A DNA stretch of 33,971 nt from a virus (taxonomy: Duplodnaviria > Caudoviricetes): the IMG/VR virus record IMGVR_UViG_3300031565_000195, positions 1 to 33,971 of that record; one strand, given 5' to 3'. Below, in pieces: positions 26,261 through 33,971 of the stretch; position 1 is the stretch's first letter; every line of letters begins with the position of its first letter. The notes under the pieces are model-generated. The model saw nothing but the letters and a program-made list of their open reading frames with translations, did no database searches and had not been told where the DNA came from. A program made the position numbers and the translations under genes.

Positions 26261-26656
26261 TTAATTAAATTTTGCCATTGGATTAAGTGCTATGAAAATC
26301 GTAAATGTATCAGGTTCTTCCGCTAATCCCGCGTTAGATGGATGGGGATCATGCACAATGCCATCTTTCCAGACTACGGCATGATCCACATCGCCTCGTG
26401 GGGATTTTGCAAGTGCAACGCAAAGCATCCCATCAATTAAATGTAAGTGTACTTTCTCAAAACAAAATGAGATGCACGAATAACCTAAATGCTCTTTAGT
26501 CCAGCTATCATTTAATCTCCAAAACTCATGGGGATCTTGGGTCTGCTCCCAAAAATTAGGCATATCTTCAATGGAAAATTCAAAAATTGAGGCTACGCAG
26601 GCCCTAAAACAATCACCCAAAACATCATCAAATATGGTTTGATATATTGGTTTCAT
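26261..26656 (-). CDS. Hypothetical phage protein (peptidase C39-like Cys/His/Asp pattern)
   Basis: GDCFRACVAS...HAVV....IVHDPHP. Confidence 0.55.
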   Translation of the reverse strand: MKPIYQTIFDDVLGDCFRACVASIFEFSIEDMPNFWEQTQDPHEFWRLNDSWTKEHLGYSCISFCFEKVHLHLIDGMLCVALAKSPRGDVDHAVVWKDGIVHDPHPSNAGLAEEPDTFTIFIALNPMAKFN

Positions 26657-26858
26657 CTATTTGATTTGTTGGAGAAATCTTGCTCAAATACCAAGCATCA
26701 TAATCTGATATTTTCTCAATTCTTTTCATAATACAGGCACCACATAAGAGGCCTGCATCTTCCGCTTTCCCTTTTGGTTTAATCTGCTCCCATAATTTAT
26801 CTGGAATGTTTAAATCAACCTTATATGGCTTTCCACAGTCTTGACACTTACAACTCAT
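26628..26858 (-). CDS. Small zinc-finger hypothetical protein
   Basis: CQDCG...LW.......LLCGACI..R. Confidence 0.6.
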   Translation of the reverse strand: MSCKCQDCGKPYKVDLNIPDKLWEQIKPKGKAEDAGLLCGACIMKRIEKISDYDAWYLSKISPTNQIDETNISNHI

Positions 26859-27038
26859 AATGTTATTAATCCAACTCTTTCAACGCCTCCACAAGCCAAA
26901 CAACGCCACCACTATCAGAAGCATGGATAGGAGGGTGATTATCTATCTAACCGCTCCGCAATCCACACCAAAATCCACGCCGCAAGCATAAGGCCATAGG
27001 CTAGGAAAACCAGGATTGTGGCGAGGAAGGATTTCATG

Positions 27039-27311
27039 TCATGGTTTCCCTTTCATGCACATATAACGAATCATGCGCGTTATTTTCGATTGCTCAAATG
27101 CCTCACAAACACAGAGATGCTGTACCTCGGGATAAGTGTCGAAAAATGCCTGAGTTGTCTTTTGTCGGTGTAACTGACGGCATGTCAGGCGATAGTTATG
27201 TTGCTTAATCCATAGCACTCTTGCCGCCCTTCGCCTCACCTCTTTGCGGTTTTGGATACCAGCAGCATTGGCAGCGCGGATAAATAAGTCTAGGCATTGT
27301 TTGGGGGTCAT
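27039..27311 (-). CDS. Hypothetical protein
   Basis: 90-aa ORF with GAGG RBS. Confidence 0.55.
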   Translation of the reverse strand: MTPKQCLDLFIRAANAAGIQNRKEVRRRAARVLWIKQHNYRLTCRQLHRQKTTQAFFDTYPEVQHLCVCEAFEQSKITRMIRYMCMKGKP

Positions 27312-27351
27312 ATCAGCCTCTTATTTTGATTGTTGTGGGGTTTGGTGCGAC

Positions 27352-27639
27352 TCATATCATCAACTCCCTTTGCACATCCTCAAGACAATGGGCCATGAAA
27401 GCAACGCCCCCGGCTGCCCGTACCTCTCCGAGAAACTTGGCCTGATTATCGGTGAGCAGTTTACCGGGGATTTTGACTTCGCAGGCGAAGAACTTGCCAT
27501 TGATGCAGCCTATGATATCGGATACACCTCGTGGCTGGCTCATAGGCCCCTGCCATTGCTTCCAGTGGAAAATATTCTTGTAATGAAGATAATCGCGGAT
27601 CTGCTTGGTGATATCAGCTTCTTTGATTTGTAATTTCAT
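27352..27639 (-). CDS. VRR-NUC domain nuclease (Holliday-junction-resolvase-like)
   Basis: E.DI...I..YL, GVSDII, F.ACEVK.PG..LT..Q..FL. Confidence 0.85.
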   Translation of the reverse strand: MKLQIKEADITKQIRDYLHYKNIFHWKQWQGPMSQPRGVSDIIGCINGKFFACEVKIPGKLLTDNQAKFLGEVRAAGGVAFMAHCLEDVQRELMI

Positions 27640-27970
27640 CTCCTCCCTCTTTCAGGTATCTAATCGGTTTGCCATGTATCTTGGCATAGTTAATTTCACT
27701 TCGGGTACTTTCGCCTATGTAGCCATTGACATTGAGCACCAACACCTCATCGGCTAGATCGATTTTTCGTTTGTGGAGTTCATCCAACTTTATTTTTATA
27801 TAGGCGAATTCTTTTTTGTTTAAATGACCGAAAATCTCTGTATCTGATTTCATATTACAGCCAATCGTCAGAACTATTTTACCCGCCAATGTCTCTTCTA
27901 ATTGCGCCTTAATAAAAGCATCTTTAAAGCGCGTTGATCCACAAAGACACACTATCTTAGGTTTCTTCAT
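27614..27970 (-). CDS. Nucleoside 2-deoxyribosyltransferase-like protein
   Basis: Start moved to ATG 27970; IVCLCGSTRF...HKRKIDLADEVLVLN..GYIGEST..EI.YA...GKPI. Confidence 0.65.
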   Translation of the reverse strand: MKKPKIVCLCGSTRFKDAFIKAQLEETLAGKIVLTIGCNMKSDTEIFGHLNKKEFAYIKIKLDELHKRKIDLADEVLVLNVNGYIGESTRSEINYAKIHGKPIRYLKEGGDEITNQRS

Positions 27971-27972
27971 TC

Positions 27973-28038
27973 TCTCCTCCCTCTTCTTCCAAAACCCCTC
28001 CACTATGGGAGCCATGATGTGGTTGGGCATCACACCCC
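27973..28038. repeat. Gene-junction direct repeat, copy 1
   Basis: Minus strand GGGGTGTGATGCCCAACCACA...TTTTGGAAGAAGAGGGAGGAGA; matches 29024-29107. Confidence 0.8.
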
Positions 28039-28764
28039 GCGATACCAATTATCTAAAAATTCATCGAAAAAATACGAAAACCCCCTTATTCTTTCTCTAT
28101 GAAATCCTTTTGCATCCCACCATTCACCACATTTCTTCTCAAATAACCGATAGTATTGAGGCCATCGTTTTTTGAATAACAGCATTTGGTTATATCCACG
28201 TTTTGGACAAACAACACAGCCAAGACGCGAAAACCCCTCATCATAAAGAGAGCAATATTCGAGATTATTCGCATCTATGTATTCCCATATCTCCCATTCA
28301 AGCCAGTTGAATAAAGGGTGATAATTGATACGCTTTTTTGTCCATTTATTAATCCATCCCTTCTTTGCTCTATTTGGAGATTCTTCAGCTCGTATGCCTA
28401 TGAGTCTGTGAACCAATGGGACTTTTTTGCTCGGCCTTTCTTTTATATAATCACAACACCATGCTCTCTTTCGATGTGGTGGAAATTTCTTTACTATTCC
28501 ATGCCAGAATGTAAATTCAGGTCGTAATATGTTTATATGAAAATCTCGGTTTCGGATAAATTTAATAAGCTCAGGTGGATCTGGCATGAGAGAATAAAAA
28601 ACCGCATAGTTGACCCCTGATTTTCTTGCTATATCTTCCAAAACCACTGAATCCTTGCCCCCGCTATAGCAAAGCATGTATGGTTCATCCTTGGGTTCAT
28701 GCTGTTGTATAAACTCAATCGCAAGTTGCTCTTTGGTGTTACCGTTAAAATTCAGTTGCTTCAT
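28030..28764 (-). CDS. PAPS-reductase-family protein
   Basis: YSGGKDS PP-loop, WCC...KE.P, GIRAEES..R, R.GC..CP. Confidence 0.85.
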   Translation of the reverse strand: MKQLNFNGNTKEQLAIEFIQQHEPKDEPYMLCYSGGKDSVVLEDIARKSGVNYAVFYSLMPDPPELIKFIRNRDFHINILRPEFTFWHGIVKKFPPHRKRAWCCDYIKERPSKKVPLVHRLIGIRAEESPNRAKKGWINKWTKKRINYHPLFNWLEWEIWEYIDANNLEYCSLYDEGFSRLGCVVCPKRGYNQMLLFKKRWPQYYRLFEKKCGEWWDAKGFHRERIRGFSYFFDEFLDNWYRGV

Positions 28765-29102
28765 TAGTATCCGTATCTCCGCTGTTCCGCTTGCTCTTCT
28801 CGCATTTCAACCACTAAATCCAATACGTTTTGATAGCAATTCGCTACGATCTCCTCGTGCAACTCCTCGTCTACAAGGTCGCCGTTTTCATCGTATATTT
28901 CCAAGATTTCGATTTCTGCTGGTTCCGCCGGGCTGTCCCATGTTTGCCTATAGCCACGGTGGAATTTGCCATGGACTTCGTAATCTCGATCGTTGTAACT
29001 GATACGGATACCATTCATTAACATCTCCTCCCTCTTCTTCCAAAAGGCCTCCTTCTTCCAAAAGGCCTCCATTGTGGGGCTTAGGGTGTGGTTGGGCATC
29101 AC
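28764..29102 (-). CDS. Hypothetical acidic protein
   Basis: Q.WDSPAEPAEIEI motif; true start may be the ATG after the repeat RBS (~29023). Confidence 0.6.
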   Translation of the reverse strand: MMPNHTLSPTMEAFWKKEAFWKKREEMLMNGIRISYNDRDYEVHGKFHRGYRQTWDSPAEPAEIEILEIYDENGDLVDEELHEEIVANCYQNVLDLVVEMREEQAEQRRYGY

Positions 29103-29107
29103 ACCCC
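29024..29107. repeat. Gene-junction direct repeat, copy 2, with an internal 18-bp tandem duplication
   Basis: CTTCTTCCAAAAGGCCTC at 29034-29051 and 29052-29069. Confidence 0.8.
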
Positions 29108-29515
29108 CGGTATCGCGATCCCAAAATCAGCCTCGCTATAATGAGATATCTCGAAGTTCTTCTTGCAGGTGGGGCAAGTCCCGCTTTCCGGCTTGCTCCC
29201 CGGGGGCCTTTTGAAATCAAGGCAGGTTACATCCCTATAGGGCTCTCCACAATGCGAGCAAACCTTATCAACCATATCCTCTTTGCGCCTCCAGTGGCTT
29301 ACCGTACCTTTCAGGTGAGGCCGCTTGATATACTTCTTGCGTTTGTATTCCCTCGTCCGTGTGTTGCCTTCTATGCGCTTACGCTCTTTCTCCTTGGCAG
29401 CGCATTCTGGTTTGTAACAGTAGCTACGGAGCCAGTGGGTTGCTATGAATGGAGCATGGTCAGGGCAATGCCTACAATAGCGGGTGTATCGGCGTTTGAT
29501 GGGGGTGGTGGTCAT
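29099..29515 (-). CDS. Cys-rich basic hypothetical protein
   Basis: CRHC, CYKPEC, CSHCG, CPTC. Confidence 0.65.
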   Translation of the reverse strand: MTTTPIKRRYTRYCRHCPDHAPFIATHWLRSYCYKPECAAKEKERKRIEGNTRTREYKRKKYIKRPHLKGTVSHWRRKEDMVDKVCSHCGEPYRDVTCLDFKRPPGSKPESGTCPTCKKNFEISHYSEADFGIAIPGV

Positions 29516-30264
29516 TTACTCAACACCTCCCATGCAACCTTAACCACTCTTGGAACCTGCCCATTGCCAATGGCTTTAAGTCGGTCCATCCTATGGGCCA
29601 CCCCATGAGCCATGCATAATAAATTGGGTGTATGGGTGGGTCGTCCTTTTGTATGGTGCCAGTTTTTTCTAGCCAAGCTCTTACATTTAAATGACCCTGC
29701 CCTGTTTTTTCTCTCCGGAGTTTGATTGTCTCCCAATGCTCCTCTATTCCCACACTCTTGGGTGTAGGCAAATATCCACAACCGTTTTCGATGATGTGGA
29801 GCCCCACAATTATCCGCTCCCAACACACACCATTGAGCATTATACCCTGCTTCGGCCAAGTCTCCGTAAACTCGCCTGATATATCCGGTAGCAAGGAGCC
29901 CTGGGACGTTCTCCAAGAATGCGTATTGTGGTTGTACCAAGCGAATGCATTCAATAGTGTGCGGCCACATATTTCTTTCATCTTGCTCTGCTCGTTGTTT
30001 TCCTGCGACTGAGAACGGCTGACATGGGAATCCGGCTGTAACGACATCAACCACCCCTTTATAGATTGGAGCGATTCTTCTGTTAAACTCTCTGATGTCC
30101 ATCTGCCAGATGGGAAAGGCATCGAGGATTCCGTCCCTTTGTCTTTGTTCGAGGACTTTGCAGGGGTACTCTTCAATTTCTACCGCTCCTATCGTTTTCC
30201 AACCGAGGAGGATTGAGCCGAGTAAGCCACCGCCGGCACCTGTGAAGAGGGATAGTTCATTCAT
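29512..30264 (-). CDS. DNA (cytosine-5)-methyltransferase, main polypeptide
   Basis: Start moved to ATG 30264; SLFTGAGG (I), GFPCQPFS (IV), ENV (VI), H.RKR (VIII), RLKAIGNGQVP (X). Confidence 0.9.
   Translation of the reverse strand: MNELSLFTGAGGGLLGSILLGWKTIGAVEIEEYPCKVLEQRQRDGILDAFPIWQMDIREFNRRIAPIYKGVVDVVTAGFPCQPFSVAGKQRAEQDERNMWPHTIECIRLVQPQYAFLENVPGLLATGYIRRVYGDLAEAGYNAQWCVLGADNCGAPHHRKRLWIFAYTQECGNRGALGDNQTPERKNRAGSFKCKSLARKNWHHTKGRPTHTPNLLCMAHGVAHRMDRLKAIGNGQVPRVVKVAWEVLSK
29520..30176 (-). CDS. Overlapping alternative-frame polypeptide of the C5 methyltransferase (TRD/motif IX-like)
   Basis: Same strand, different frame, open 218 codons; LPTP...HP.Y.AWLMGWPIGWT; start uncertain. Confidence 0.65.
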   Translation of the reverse strand: MKSTPAKSSNKDKGTESSMPFPSGRWTSESLTEESLQSIKGWLMSLQPDSHVSRSQSQENNEQSKMKEICGRTLLNAFAWYNHNTHSWRTSQGSLLPDISGEFTETWPKQGIMLNGVCWERIIVGLHIIENGCGYLPTPKSVGIEEHWETIKLRREKTGQGHLNVRAWLEKTGTIQKDDPPIHPIYYAWLMGWPIGWTDLKPLAMGRFQEWLRLHGRC

Positions 30265-30440
30265 TCTTGTCCTGTCACTTTTTCCCACTCTTCAGGATGA
30301 TTAATTTCTACATGCCGTTCTAAAGACGCATAACCGTGTATTCTTTGCCCCTTTTTGTTCGTTCTCCATCGCTTAGTTTTCCAGTTGCAGAATTTACATT
30401 TGATATAATCTGTTGGATATTTTGAGGGGGTGGTGGTCAT
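30261..30440 (-). CDS. Small C2H2 zinc-finger protein (59 aa, not in ORF track)
   Basis: MTTTPSKYPTDYIKCKFCNW...LERHVEINHPE; stop overlaps the methyltransferase ATG. Confidence 0.65.
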   Translation of the reverse strand: MTTTPSKYPTDYIKCKFCNWKTKRWRTNKKGQRIHGYASLERHVEINHPEEWEKVTGQE

Positions 30441-30452
30441 AAGGTGCTGAAA

Positions 30453-30872
30453 TTAATTGTTGTTATTAGTTGCGGCATACTTCACCCATTTTCGGATACT
30501 TTCTTTAATATCTCTTAGCGTTGCAGCTTTGTATTTTTCAGGGTATCGTTTACCCTTGAAATATTCACAGCATTCAGAGCATTCCATTGTTTCAGCATTT
30601 CCTACGACACATATAATCGTGATATCGCCCGTCTTGCTTAATCTCTCATACATAATCCGTTGTCCCAGGGGTAAGTCTCCGTTGTGCGTTTTCCATTCAA
30701 GCATTAACGCCTTGCCATTGATTTCAACAATTCCATCAACATCACCAAAATTGATTCGCCTTGGAAAGCATTCTGCAAACACTTCTATCTTTGGTCTCCG
30801 CTTTGTGTTGAAACAACCATGCCTTTCACATTCCCATTTTAAAGGGTTATAGCCGTTATCGTTTTTGGGCAT
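30453..30872 (-). CDS. PD-(D/E)XK nuclease-like hypothetical protein
   Basis: GDVDGIVE....LMLEWK......GQ. Confidence 0.55.
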   Translation of the reverse strand: MPKNDNGYNPLKWECERHGCFNTKRRPKIEVFAECFPRRINFGDVDGIVEINGKALMLEWKTHNGDLPLGQRIMYERLSKTGDITIICVVGNAETMECSECCEYFKGKRYPEKYKAATLRDIKESIRKWVKYAATNNNN

Positions 30873-31878
30873 CCCACCAAATCACTTTTGCATTTATCTG
30901 TTTTCCCATTACGACAACGGCACTTGGAAAAGGGGCTGCTGTATTAGAGCCTGGCCATTGCAGTCGACCGCGAATAAATCTAATCTCTCCTTGAATGCAG
31001 TTCTCCCACCACCATTCGGTATCGGGGCGGGCCGGCACTAAACAAACAACGGTAGCACCATTCTCGGATTCGGTTTTAGCCTTTTGCATCCAGGCCTTAA
31101 TTTCCCGCCCATAGGGTGGGTTAACCCAACAGGCACCGGCCCACCGTTGAGAAAGGCCATTGTCTTGCCGTGAAAAATATCGCTCGCATTTATGGTTGGC
31201 CTCGGAAGCGCAAACATCTAGGGTAAAACTGAACTCATCATTGAGCAGATCGAAAAGCCATTGAGGGGTTTCCCATTCCGGGGTTTCGCTCATCTGATAC
31301 CAATCGCCACGTAAAAGATGGAAAGCTGCATTGATGGTAATCTCACCAGCATCTACTTTCTCGATCAGCTCGGGCTTTTTATCTGCTATGGCCTTAAGTT
31401 TTTCTTGGCTAGCGCCAGTAGAATAGACAGAGCGGTGTCGGGGTTGTTTGCGTCCGATGGTATCAATAATTTCTTTTATGTGGGGAATTTCCCCACATCC
31501 CTCTAAATCTTGCCTTGCAGTGCCAACAGTTTTATGATCTATCCCTAATCCCTTAGCTATTCGCCTATCAGATAATTGAGGGGTTTCTTTTAATTGCTGA
31601 TTTATGAGTTTTCTTTTTTGATCCTGAGAAAGATGTCGTCTTGCAAGATTCAACTTTCTGATATGTAATTTTTTTTCTTCCTCTGTTAAATCGAAACGGG
31701 TAATAGTGGGATAGTCAGATATTCCCAATTCTTTGCATATCTTTAATCGATTGTGTCCGTCTAAAACATTGCCTATATCATCAAGTTCTATTGGTATTTG
31801 GACACCACGAGAAATTATGTCTTCCTTTAATTCGTTATATTCTTCTGGTGTGAGGTCAGGAAATAGCTGGTAACCCAT
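30856..31878 (-). CDS. ParB-like N-terminal domain fused to phage DNA N6-adenine methyltransferase
   Basis: L..DI...G...PI.....LDGHNR, N..RRHL, HTH; then EWETPQ.LF..L..EF.FTLDVCA, W.NPPYG. Confidence 0.85.
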   Translation of the reverse strand: MGYQLFPDLTPEEYNELKEDIISRGVQIPIELDDIGNVLDGHNRLKICKELGISDYPTITRFDLTEEEKKLHIRKLNLARRHLSQDQKRKLINQQLKETPQLSDRRIAKGLGIDHKTVGTARQDLEGCGEIPHIKEIIDTIGRKQPRHRSVYSTGASQEKLKAIADKKPELIEKVDAGEITINAAFHLLRGDWYQMSETPEWETPQWLFDLLNDEFSFTLDVCASEANHKCERYFSRQDNGLSQRWAGACWVNPPYGREIKAWMQKAKTESENGATVVCLVPARPDTEWWWENCIQGEIRFIRGRLQWPGSNTAAPFPSAVVVMGKQINAKVIWWDAQKR

Positions 31879-32341
31879 CTTTTTTTACCAATTTAATGAT
31901 TCCTTTTACTTCTTGTTTTCTCGTGTTGATTGCGGACTCTGTTATATCCCAATAAAATTGATAAAGTTTAGGCTCGTATCGCTTGATATATTCGATAAGA
32001 ATTATTGCTTCTCGATATATCCGCTTTGTTATTTTCTGAGATCGGTTTTTATGGAATCGGTTAATTAAAACATGAATCTGCGTATGATGCGTGGGGCACA
32101 ATGGGATTATGTTTTCTGAAATGTCTTCGCCATCCAATTCCATCGGCACTATATGGTGAAATTCTATAATTGGAATATTGCATATAAAACAAAGCCTGCT
32201 AAACTTAGAATTAAATAGAGAAATGTGACATCCTGGCAAAGTGCCCAAAGATTCCGTCAATATCTTTGTTGGGTTTTCTGAATCTTTTAAGACGCTTTTG
32301 CTAAATGGGGATTCTTTTAATTCTGAGATTGATTGATTCAT
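31856..32341 (-). CDS. HNH endonuclease-like protein
   Basis: CFIC....EFHHIVP...G.D...N.IPLCPTHH..IH. Confidence 0.75.
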   Translation of the reverse strand: MNQSISELKESPFSKSVLKDSENPTKILTESLGTLPGCHISLFNSKFSRLCFICNIPIIEFHHIVPMELDGEDISENIIPLCPTHHTQIHVLINRFHKNRSQKITKRIYREAIILIEYIKRYEPKLYQFYWDITESAINTRKQEVKGIIKLVKKDGLPAIS

Positions 32342-32345
32342 AACT

Positions 32346-32546
32346 CTATGGCCGATTATAGATTACTTGTCGATAAGGAATTTCATTAATCCCGATCCCC
32401 GTTATCTGTGAGATAATCGTTGCGTTTTTTAGATCGGGGGTCCGGTAGCCGTAAATCCAACTCCTGACCGTGTATTGATTGATCCCAGCCCTTATAAGAT
32501 CTTGGCGATTTTTTTTGATGAAATTGCGGAAGGTAAGATTTTTCAT
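32346..32546 (-). CDS. Cro/CI-like XRE helix-turn-helix regulator
   Basis: GINQYTVRSW..G.R.P....A..IS..TG; first gene after the divergent promoter. Confidence 0.75.
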   Translation of the reverse strand: MKNLTFRNFIKKNRQDLIRAGINQYTVRSWIYGYRTPDLKNATIISQITGIGINEIPYRQVIYNRP

Positions 32547-32553
32547 GTGCCTA

Positions 32554-32583
32554 ATGATACAATAAGTATATCTCGGTTGTCAA
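32554..32583 (-). promoter_or_regulatory. Leftward sigma70 promoter, probably giving a leaderless mRNA
   Basis: TTGACA-18 bp-TATCAT, then 7 nt to the ATG at 32546; no RBS. Confidence 0.65.
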
Positions 32584-32659
32584 CTCATTTTTTTATTACA
32601 ATAATATCAAGTAGTTATCATAATAATCAAGAAAATATACAGAATGTATAAAAAAAGCC

Positions 32660-32688
32660 TTGACATCCCCATTCTAGTTTTTTATAAT
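32660..32688 (+). promoter_or_regulatory. Rightward consensus sigma70 promoter
   Basis: TTGACA-17 bp-TATAAT with A-rich upstream tract. Confidence 0.85.
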
Positions 32689-32713
32689 GCCTTCAACATC
32701 AATCGGAGGCCCC

Positions 32714-32983
32714 ATGTCAATTCTCCACGTAATCCGCAAAGACGGCGAAGGCAGAACCAAATCCGTCAGACTCACCCAACGAAGTGCAATTCTCGCTTTT
32801 TGCCATGAATGCGTAGGTTTCAACCACTATGAGGTTGAGCTTTGTACTGATCCTCTATGTCCTCTCTATCCATTCAGAAATCCCAAGGCGAGAAAAAGCG
32901 ACAGAGAGGTAAGCGAAAAATCGATTCAAGCCCTGCAAAAAGCAAGGCTGCAATCTCAGGAATCGAAGCAAACCTCTAAGTAA
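32714..32983 (+). CDS. Cys4 hypothetical phage protein
   Basis: ATG 32714 with GGAGG RBS; AI..FC.EC.G......C....CPLYPFR. Confidence 0.7.
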   Translation: MSILHVIRKDGEGRTKSVRLTQRSAILAFCHECVGFNHYEVELCTDPLCPLYPFRNPKARKSDREVSEKSIQALQKARLQSQESKQTSK

Positions 32984-32993
32984 GAGGATAAGC

Positions 32994-33182
32994 ATGTCCA
33001 CCCAATTTCTCCAAACCGAAAACGATTCCTTGAACGAACTCCTCGACCGCTCCCTATCCGTCCACAAGCAGACACTAGGGGCCCTAGGGCCTGAGCCATA
33101 TCAATATTTGGAGGCCACCGTGGACTTGCTAGAAAAGATCATTGAGGAGCTGGAGGTAGTTAAGGTGGGGGATAAGCCATGA
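32994..33182 (+). CDS. Hypothetical protein
   Basis: GAGGA RBS; coupled to the next gene. Confidence 0.6.
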   Translation: MSTQFLQTENDSLNELLDRSLSVHKQTLGALGPEPYQYLEATVDLLEKIIEELEVVKVGDKP

Positions 33183-33391
33183 AACGCGACCTATCGAATC
33201 TCACTGAGGAAGACATTCGCAAGATAAAACTTTGGCTCAAAGGTGATCCGGGAAATTGCCCTAAGATAGCATGTTATACGTGCGACGAGTTATTTCCAAG
33301 CAAAGATCCTCGTTGCCCCTGCGTTAAACACTCCAGATCTTACGTCACCCGCGTAGCCAAAAAGATAGTCAAAGAATGGGAGGCCCCATGA
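33179..33391 (+). CDS. Cys-rich hypothetical protein
   Basis: CP...C..C..LFP....CPC. Confidence 0.6.
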   Translation: MKRDLSNLTEEDIRKIKLWLKGDPGNCPKIACYTCDELFPSKDPRCPCVKHSRSYVTRVAKKIVKEWEAP

Positions 33392-33600
33392 ACCAACTAA
33401 CAGAACGCTTTATGATTGACCTTTTCGAGGACCGCAACGGCGGCCCGCCCTACCTGCTGGATTCCGTAAAGGTTGCCGAATTAGACGCAACCGATCTCAC
33501 CGCAGATCAACTTGAGCCAATCCTGAAAGCACAGATCATGCTCAATCGTAGGTGGGAATATCGGAAGATGTATTATGGCCTGGAGGAGAGGCCACTGTGA
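33388..33600 (+). CDS. Hypothetical protein
   Basis: ATGA overlap start (MNQLTERF) with GGAGG RBS. Confidence 0.6.
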   Translation: MNQLTERFMIDLFEDRNGGPPYLLDSVKVAELDATDLTADQLEPILKAQIMLNRRWEYRKMYYGLEERPL

Positions 33601-33678
33601 CCCTCAGACGAGCAATCATAATCTTTTTAGCCACCCTGCTCATCTACATCATCGTGTGGGTGGGGATAGGAGGACATC

Positions 33679-33971
33679 ATGGAATTTAAGGTAGGGGAGA
33701 AGGTGTATGCTAATCCTCAAAATATTTGTCCTGAAACTTACGATGAATTTTGCGAACTTTACCCTAGTAAGATAGCAAGAATTACCGATTTGAATGATAA
33801 ATATGCCTATTTTGAATCTGGCAACTGCTATCGCTATTGCTTTCCGATTCTTTCCCTCTCCCCCATCTACCCCTTCGAGGGCAAGCGCTACTACTGGGAT
33901 GGGGAGCCGAAGAGGTTGCCGAAGGCGGGGGAAGTGTTTCTTAATATCAGCGGCGAGCCTAAAATGGCACC
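33679..33971 (+). CDS. Partial hypothetical protein (runs off the window edge)
   Basis: AGGAGG RBS; MEFKVGEKVYAN... open to the end. Confidence 0.6.
   Translation, partial: MEFKVGEKVYANPQNICPETYDEFCELYPSKIARITDLNDKYAYFESGNCYRYCFPILSLSPIYPFEGKRYYWDGEPKRLPKAGEVFLNISGEPKMA

Noticed and set aside
32601-32631. ATAATATCAAG / ATAATAATCAAG as operator repeats
   Set aside because: Short, AT-rich and non-palindromic; could be chance
1-33971. tRNA, rRNA, integrase, reverse transcriptase/DGR, or stop-codon reassignment
   Set aside because: None seen by eye; genes tile the window with the standard code and all three stop codons are used

Overview
A 34-kb piece of an uncharacterised tailed dsDNA phage (or prophage) with podovirus-like architecture. 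Positions 1-32546 read almost entirely on the minus strand. From right to left: Cro/CI-like HTH gene; DNA modification and nuclease cluster (ParB-Dam fusion, two-frame C5 methyltransferase, PAPS-reductase-family protein, HNHs, VRR-NUC); replication initiator; probable TerS; pilin-like protein, endolysin and holin; intein-containing TerL; small Zn-ribbon genes; portal, scaffold, major capsid protein; two beta-helix fibre-like paralogues; tail adaptor and nozzle; ejection proteins. A divergent sigma70 promoter pair at about 32550-32690 starts the plus-strand early arm. The most striking unexplained structure is non-coding. (1) Four copies of a conserved element, AGGGACRCTC-N9/10-GAARCCCT, fold as a covarying antiterminator hairpin overlapping the 5' arm of an intrinsic terminator and gate the morphogenesis operon; a small DUF2292/YezD-like protein just upstream of the first gate is a candidate antiterminator. 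(2) A separate ~95-nt structured RNA motif with T-loop-like hairpins precedes both beta-helix genes. All product calls come from motif recognition by eye; no database searches or folding calculations were run.
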